Origin: the human T2T-CHM13v2.0 reference genome, Homo sapiens
NCBI RefSeq assembly: GCF_009914755.1
Contig: NC_060947.1
DNA length: 64,000 nucleotides
Strand: one strand, 5' to 3'
Shown one piece after another: positions 58,881 through 64,000 of the stretch. The notes under the pieces are model-generated. The model ran no database searches, was not told the origin of the DNA, and saw only the letters and a list, made by a program, of their open reading frames with translations. Position 1 is the stretch's first letter. Each line of letters begins with the position of its first letter. Made by a program: the position numbers and the translations under genes.

Positions 58881-60245
58881 TAAAGGTTCAATGTCTAGTC
58901 TATTTCCAATTAGTTTTTTTTTCTTTTTTAGTCTCAGATGGTTGCTTTTAGGGTTCCCTCAGTCTCTTGAGAGCCCCTGATGGGAGGAGGGGTCCCAAAG
59001 TTCAAGTGACTGTAGGGAGTTAAGAGACTGAAGTAGGAAGGGAAAGGTCTGGCAGGAATGGATAGAGGGGTGGAAGAGGTAGGAGTTTGAAGAGTGACCT
59101 ATGCGAGGATTCAAGAGAGCTTAAAGGGAAGATCAAAGGTGGTAAAAGGAAGAAGGAGGAGCAGAAGCAATGGGAAGGGAGAGGTTTTGGAGGAGACAGT
59201 TGGGGGAGATGTAAAGTTTCCCAAGGAAACCCCTGAAGTTCCAAATTATCCTTAGTAAAATCATGCCAACAAGACAGGAAACAGGTAGAGTTGGTGGAGC
59301 ATATAGCCAGCAGGGGTTCAAAAATGGATATTTTGGTAGACTGAGAAGTTCCCATGTTTTTTAACTAATAGTACTTTTATGGTTATAAATAGAGAAACTT
59401 GGGACTCTGACCCAGCTTCTGTTCCTTACAGAACCCAGCCTCTTACAAAAAGAGAAACCTAGGAGACTAACCCAGCCTGTCCTTGCATGAGACTCTAACT
59501 TACTTTCTTATAAACAGCTGCTTACCTGGAACTTTAACCTACCTTCTAGCATGAGAATCACTTGAACCCAGGAGGCAGAAGTTGCAGTGAGCTGAGATGG
59601 TACCACTGCACTCCAGCCTGGGTGACAGAGTGAGACTCTGTCTCAAAAAAAAAAAAAAAAATCAAAATCTGTCCTTACTGTGCTTCAGTGGACTGTCATC
59701 CAGAGGCTCAGGAGTTGGACTCATCAATGGGTCCCCAATCAGTCAGGAGTGAAGACAAAGGCTTCGAAGGTGCATACTTCAGATTCTGAGTGAGAAGTCT
59801 GGGGTCCAGTGATCAGTCTGATCTTATCCGAGTTGTAGCACCAAAACTGTCAAAGAAAACCAGAGCTGGACAATAGTTAAAGCAGTGAAAATAGATTTTA
59901 TTCAGAACTATTACAATAGGGGAAAAGATACTTCGGTATAGAACTGGGCTCAATTCCAAATACAACGTGGACAAGTGGGGATTTATAAATATAGCCCAGG
60001 AGCAGAGTGGGGCCAGTCGATGGAAAATGACTAATGCGAGGAAACATCAGGGGTAAAGGGGGATTGTTACTAAACTGACCTGACAAGATTCTTGCTGAAG
60101 GCAGGTGAGGGTGATCAAATATTACGTGGGGGATAGTACAAGATGAGGAATTTGATCAGATATCAAGGGTGATCAGATATTGAGGCTGGGAGATTCTAGC
60201 TAAACTGACTTAACAGGAATCTTGCTAAAATTAGGCAATGCCAGG
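58880..60245 (-). mobile_element. MER31-like LTR (59848-~60245) with His-like PBS and leader/gag start; Alu half at ~59547-59660
   Basis: LTR end CTCTGGTTTTCTTTGACA followed by TGGTGCTACAACTCGGAT (tRNA-His-like, 14/18); WHDFTKDNLEL gag-like peptide. Confidence 0.7.
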
Positions 60246-60510
60246 ATTCCCCTTGGTAATCATGATCAGTTACCCCAGCCAAAACCATAGCTCCCTTGTT
60301 TGCCAGTTGATTCAGGAGCATGAGGGACCCGAAGTGGTCGGGTGGGAGTTTTCACTTTTAGTTTAGTGGAATCATTGTGTGTCTCCTGGTGGAAGTATTT
60401 CTCCCTTTGGAATTAAGACCTCTAGAACAGCAGAGCATAAGGTCACAGAGACAGGTAGCAAAAATTTTGCTAGTGGACCATTAGGGGTAATAGGGGTGTC
60501 ATTCCTGGCC
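60245..60510 (-). mobile_element. ERVL integrase-end/dUTPase region fragment
   Basis: GACCCACTAGCAAAATTTTTGC-like and CTGGGGTAACTGATCATGATTACCAAGGGGAA motifs typical of the ERVL 3' pol region. Confidence 0.6.
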
Positions 60511-61692
60511 CAGGGCTACCTGCCACCCAGTGGGCTCAGAGGACAGATCATGGAGACAATGAGATTATTCACAAGCCTTAAAATCTAATTGAATTTTCCC
60601 TGCTAGGTTTCAGACTTGGGTCCCATTATCTCTTTTTTCATTCCAGTTTCTCCCTTTTGGAATGGGAATATCTATCCTATACCTGTCCCACCATTGTATT
60701 TTGGAAGCAGATAACTTGTGGTCTGGTTTCATAGGTTCACAGATAGAGAGGAATTTTTCCCCAGGATGAATTATATCCTCTCTCATCCATAACTTATTTG
60801 GATGAATTAGATGATGAGATTTGAGACTTTTAGTTGACGATGTCGAGATGTGATTTTTGACTTACAAGTTGATGTTAGAATGACTAAGGCTTTGGAGGAT
60901 GTTGGGATGGGGTGAATGTATTGTGCATGTGAGAAGGAAATGAATTTTGGGGGACTAGAGGGCAGACTCTTGTGGGTAGAATTTTGTCTTCCCCCAAAAC
61001 TATGTGGAAATCCTACCCCTCGATACTTCAGAATGTGACCATATTTGGAAATAGAGTCTTTGCAGAGGTAATCAAGTTAAAGTGAGGTCATTAGGGTGGG
61101 CCCTACTCTAATCTGACTGATGTCCTTATAAAAAGGGGAAATTTGGACACGGGGGAATGCCATATGAAGATGAAGGCAGAAATTGGGGTATTGCTGCTAC
61201 AAGCATGCGTAGAGGGAAGACAATAAGAAGATACGCAGGTAGAAGACAGACATGTCACTGGGGTGATGTATTCACAAGCCAAGGAATGCCAAAGAGTGCC
61301 AACAAACACTAGAAACTAGAAGATGCTGAAAGGTTCTCTCCTAGATCCATCAGAGAGAGCATGACCCTGCTGACACCTTGATTTTGGATTTCCAGCCTTT
61401 AGACATAAGAGACAATAAATTTCTGTTGTTGTAAGCCACCAGGTTTTGGTACTGTGTTATAGCAGCCTTAGGACACCAATACAGAGCCTCGTTGTGTTTC
61501 CCTTCACCACCACTGAGCTATCTGGGACATTAGAACCCTATGATGATGTCCTCCTTGACTTGTCTGAGATTCTTCAGTCCCTTTTCACCTCTGTGATTAT
61601 TACTCAGTTCCCAATGAAATGTGGTTACTTCTCCAAAGAACAAATGGAAAGCAATTTGCTGGACCCAATTCTCTATCGTGTCCTGTTAACAG

Positions 61693-61788
61693 GGTTCGAA
61701 GTTCCTAAACCAGAGGTCATCTTCAAGTTGGAGCAAGGAGAGGGGCCATGGACATTGGAAGGGGAAGCCCCACATCAGAGCTGTTCAG
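61693..61788 (+). CDS. ZNF81: ZNF81 KRAB-B exon
   Basis: 96-nt exon, TTAACAG|GG...TCAG|GTGAGT; encodes (G)FEVPKPEVIFKLEQGEGPWTLEGEAPHQSCS, in phase with KRAB-A. Confidence 0.95.
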
Positions 61789-62419
61789 GTGAGTGGGTGT
61801 GACCCAGGCAGATGGGGACACGAAGTAATTTTTTTTTTCCCTAAGGAAGACCGATGCCTTTAAAATGCTGTTATTGCTTAAAGGTTGGAAACTTTATAAA
61901 TTGCTTGAGGATAGGTAGCATTGGCCTCTCGGGTGCCAAATTGTTCTCTCCTTTTATTTCTCTTACTGTTATCACCTGTCTTCTTTGCTTGGCTTTCTTC
62001 CAGGAGAATTGCCCCAATTCCTATACTCTGGATCACATGCCAGTCTTCCTCACTAGCGGTCTTGCTTTCTTGGATATTCTTTCCTTCCTTCAGTCCCATT
62101 TTTATGTGTAATTCCTTAAACCACACCCCAGAGTCTTAGATTCTTATCACATACATTTCAGTTTTACTGGATTTGACTTTTTGAAAATCCGTTGGTTGCC
62201 TCACTTCTGTTCTTCCTAGCACTCTTGCACTTTATTCTTTCTTTTGTTCTCACCTTCTCACTCTAAGGTACCAACAAACTCTCATCTACAACCAGCCTCA
62301 CCTCCTGTTGCCTTTGTAAGTATCACCTTCAGATTCCTCACTCCTCTCCACCTTCCCATGGCCTAGTACCTCTCTCCCATCTTCTGACTTTATGGTCACT
62401 ATCACTTAGCATTTCTTCT

Positions 62420-63712
62420 TTTAAAATCCATTTTATTAAGGTAGAATTTACACAAAATGAAATGTATTTATTTTAAGTGGACAGTTTGATGAGTTTTGAT
62501 AAAGATATACACCAGTGTAACCACCACCCCTATTGTGATATATACCATTCCTTCACACAGAATGCTCCCTCATGCCCCTTGCAGTCAGTACACACAGCCC
62601 CAGGCAACCACTGACATGCTTTTTGTCACTCTAGATTAGATCTGTCTTTATTAGGGTTTTATATAAATGGAATAATACCTTACATACTCTTTTGGGTCTG
62701 GCTTCATTTGTTCAGCATAATCATTTTGCAATTCATCCATGTTATTAAGTATATCTCTGGTTTATTCCTTTTGAATGACAAATAGTATTTCATGGAATGA
62801 ATATATTACTATTCATTAATCTCTACACCTATTGATGGATAGATGGTTAATATTTGGTTATTATGAATGAAGCTGCAGTGAACATTCTCGTATGTCTTTG
62901 TGTGAACATACGTTTACATTTTTCTTGGGTAAATACCTAAGATTGGAACTGCTAGGTCATGTAATAAGTGTATACTTACCTTTGTAAGAAATTGCCAAAC
63001 TGTATTCCAAATTGGCTGTACCACTTTACATTCCCAGCAGCAATACATAAGGATTCCTCTTGCTCTACATCCTCGTCAACACTTGTTATCATCAAACTCT
63101 TTTATTTTTGCTATTGTAGCGGATATTATAATTTAAAGTTGCATTTCTCTTATGAGAATAATGATGTTAAGCATCTTTTTATGTGCTTATTGACCATTTG
63201 TACATTTTTTGGTGTGAAATATCTACTCAGATATCTTTCTCATTTTTTAATCAGGTTGTTTGTCTTCTTATTAGTGAGTTTTAATATATTTACTGGATAC
63301 AACTCCTTTGCCAGATATATGTATTGCTAATATTTTGTTCCAATCTGTGGCTTGAAATTTCATTTTCTTTTTGGTGCCCATCAAAGAGCAAACATTTTAA
63401 TTTGATGAAGTCCAATTTATCATCTGTTTTATTGTTAGTACCTTTTGCGATCTGTTTAAGAAATCTTTGCCTACCACAAGGCACAAAGATTTTCTCATAC
63501 TTTCTTCTATAAGTTTTATCATTTTAACTTTTTCAGTTAGGTCTGTGATTCATTTTTCAATACTGATATCTAATTGTTCCAGAAACATTTGTTGAAGGGG
63601 CTTTCTTTTTCCTATTGAATTTCCTTGGTATGTTTATCAAAATCAATTGACTTTATGTGTATGAGCCTGTATCTGGTCTCTCATTTCTGTTCAATTAATC
63701 TATTTGTCTGTC
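62420..63712 (-). mobile_element. Old L1 (L1MB/MC-type) 3' fragment
   Basis: Antisense L1 3' motifs CCAGGCAACCACTGA, TTACATTCCCAGCAGCAAT, TTTTAATTTGATGAAGTCC. Confidence 0.75.
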
Positions 63713-64000
63713 TGCTTTAAAAGATAGGTTTTATTATTATTTAGGTTCGATGAAGCCAACAGATCAGGAGACAACTGCCATTGGAAAGACAGTTTGTTAT
63801 AATTCCCAAGAGGCGGGGGTATACCACACCATACAGGGCCATGCATACCACACATGTGGAAGCACCAAGGTCAGTTGGGATCTAGAAGGAGTGAGGGGAA
63901 AGCATAGGCCAGAGCCTTTATTTAGGTTTTGTGGGAAGGAATGGACTAGGCAAGGTCAGAAGGCTAGGCAGATTTAAGATTGGCTAGTTTGGATAATTCC
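63713..64000 (-). mobile_element. MER74-like LTR, truncated by the window end
   Basis: AGGTTTTATTATTATTTAGG..GCCAACAGATCAGGAGACAACTGCC matches the recalled antisense MER74 3' end. Confidence 0.6.

Larger units (their letters stand above)
54011..61483 (+). mobile_element. MLT1 (B/C-like) MaLR provirus with two LTRs and internal region
   Basis: LTRs ~54011-54507 and ~60968-61483; MLT1-int at 54508-55400 and ~60510-60967; perfect TSD GAGCC at 54006-54010 and 61484-61488. Confidence 0.85.

Noticed and set aside
61446-61802. 118-aa ORF containing KRAB-B sequence
   Set aside because: Starts at a non-ATG codon inside the MLT1 LTR and simply reads through intron into the 96-nt exon; the real unit is the spliced exon

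Overview
Human/primate genomic DNA containing the 5' part of the KRAB zinc-finger gene ZNF81 on the + strand. The assignment rests on recognising the spliced N-terminus MPANEDAPQPGEHGSACE|[42 protein letters not shown]|GFEVPKPEVIFKLEQGEGPWTLEGEAPHQSCS. Visible gene parts are a CpG-island promoter at ~2.3-2.9 kb, a non-coding exon 1, the ATG exon (11987-12203), KRAB-A (53849-53975) and KRAB-B (61693-61788); the zinc-finger exon lies beyond the window. Introns are packed with repeats: an antisense RPL7L1 processed pseudogene, a full-length Tigger1, about 20 Alus and old L1s. There are also two large nested LTR complexes. (i) A ~20-kb LTR40/HERVL40-type provirus (25469-45673) holds MER21, MER89/90-like and MLT1D elements plus a complete ~10-kb MER67-like-LTR provirus with a tRNA-Ser PBS and an atypical env. 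(ii) An MLT1 provirus with intact GAGCC TSDs fills the KRAB A-B intron and carries an antisense cargo of ERVL, MER31 and a permuted 5' 28S rRNA fragment. Repeat family names come from recalled consensus sequences, not from a database search.
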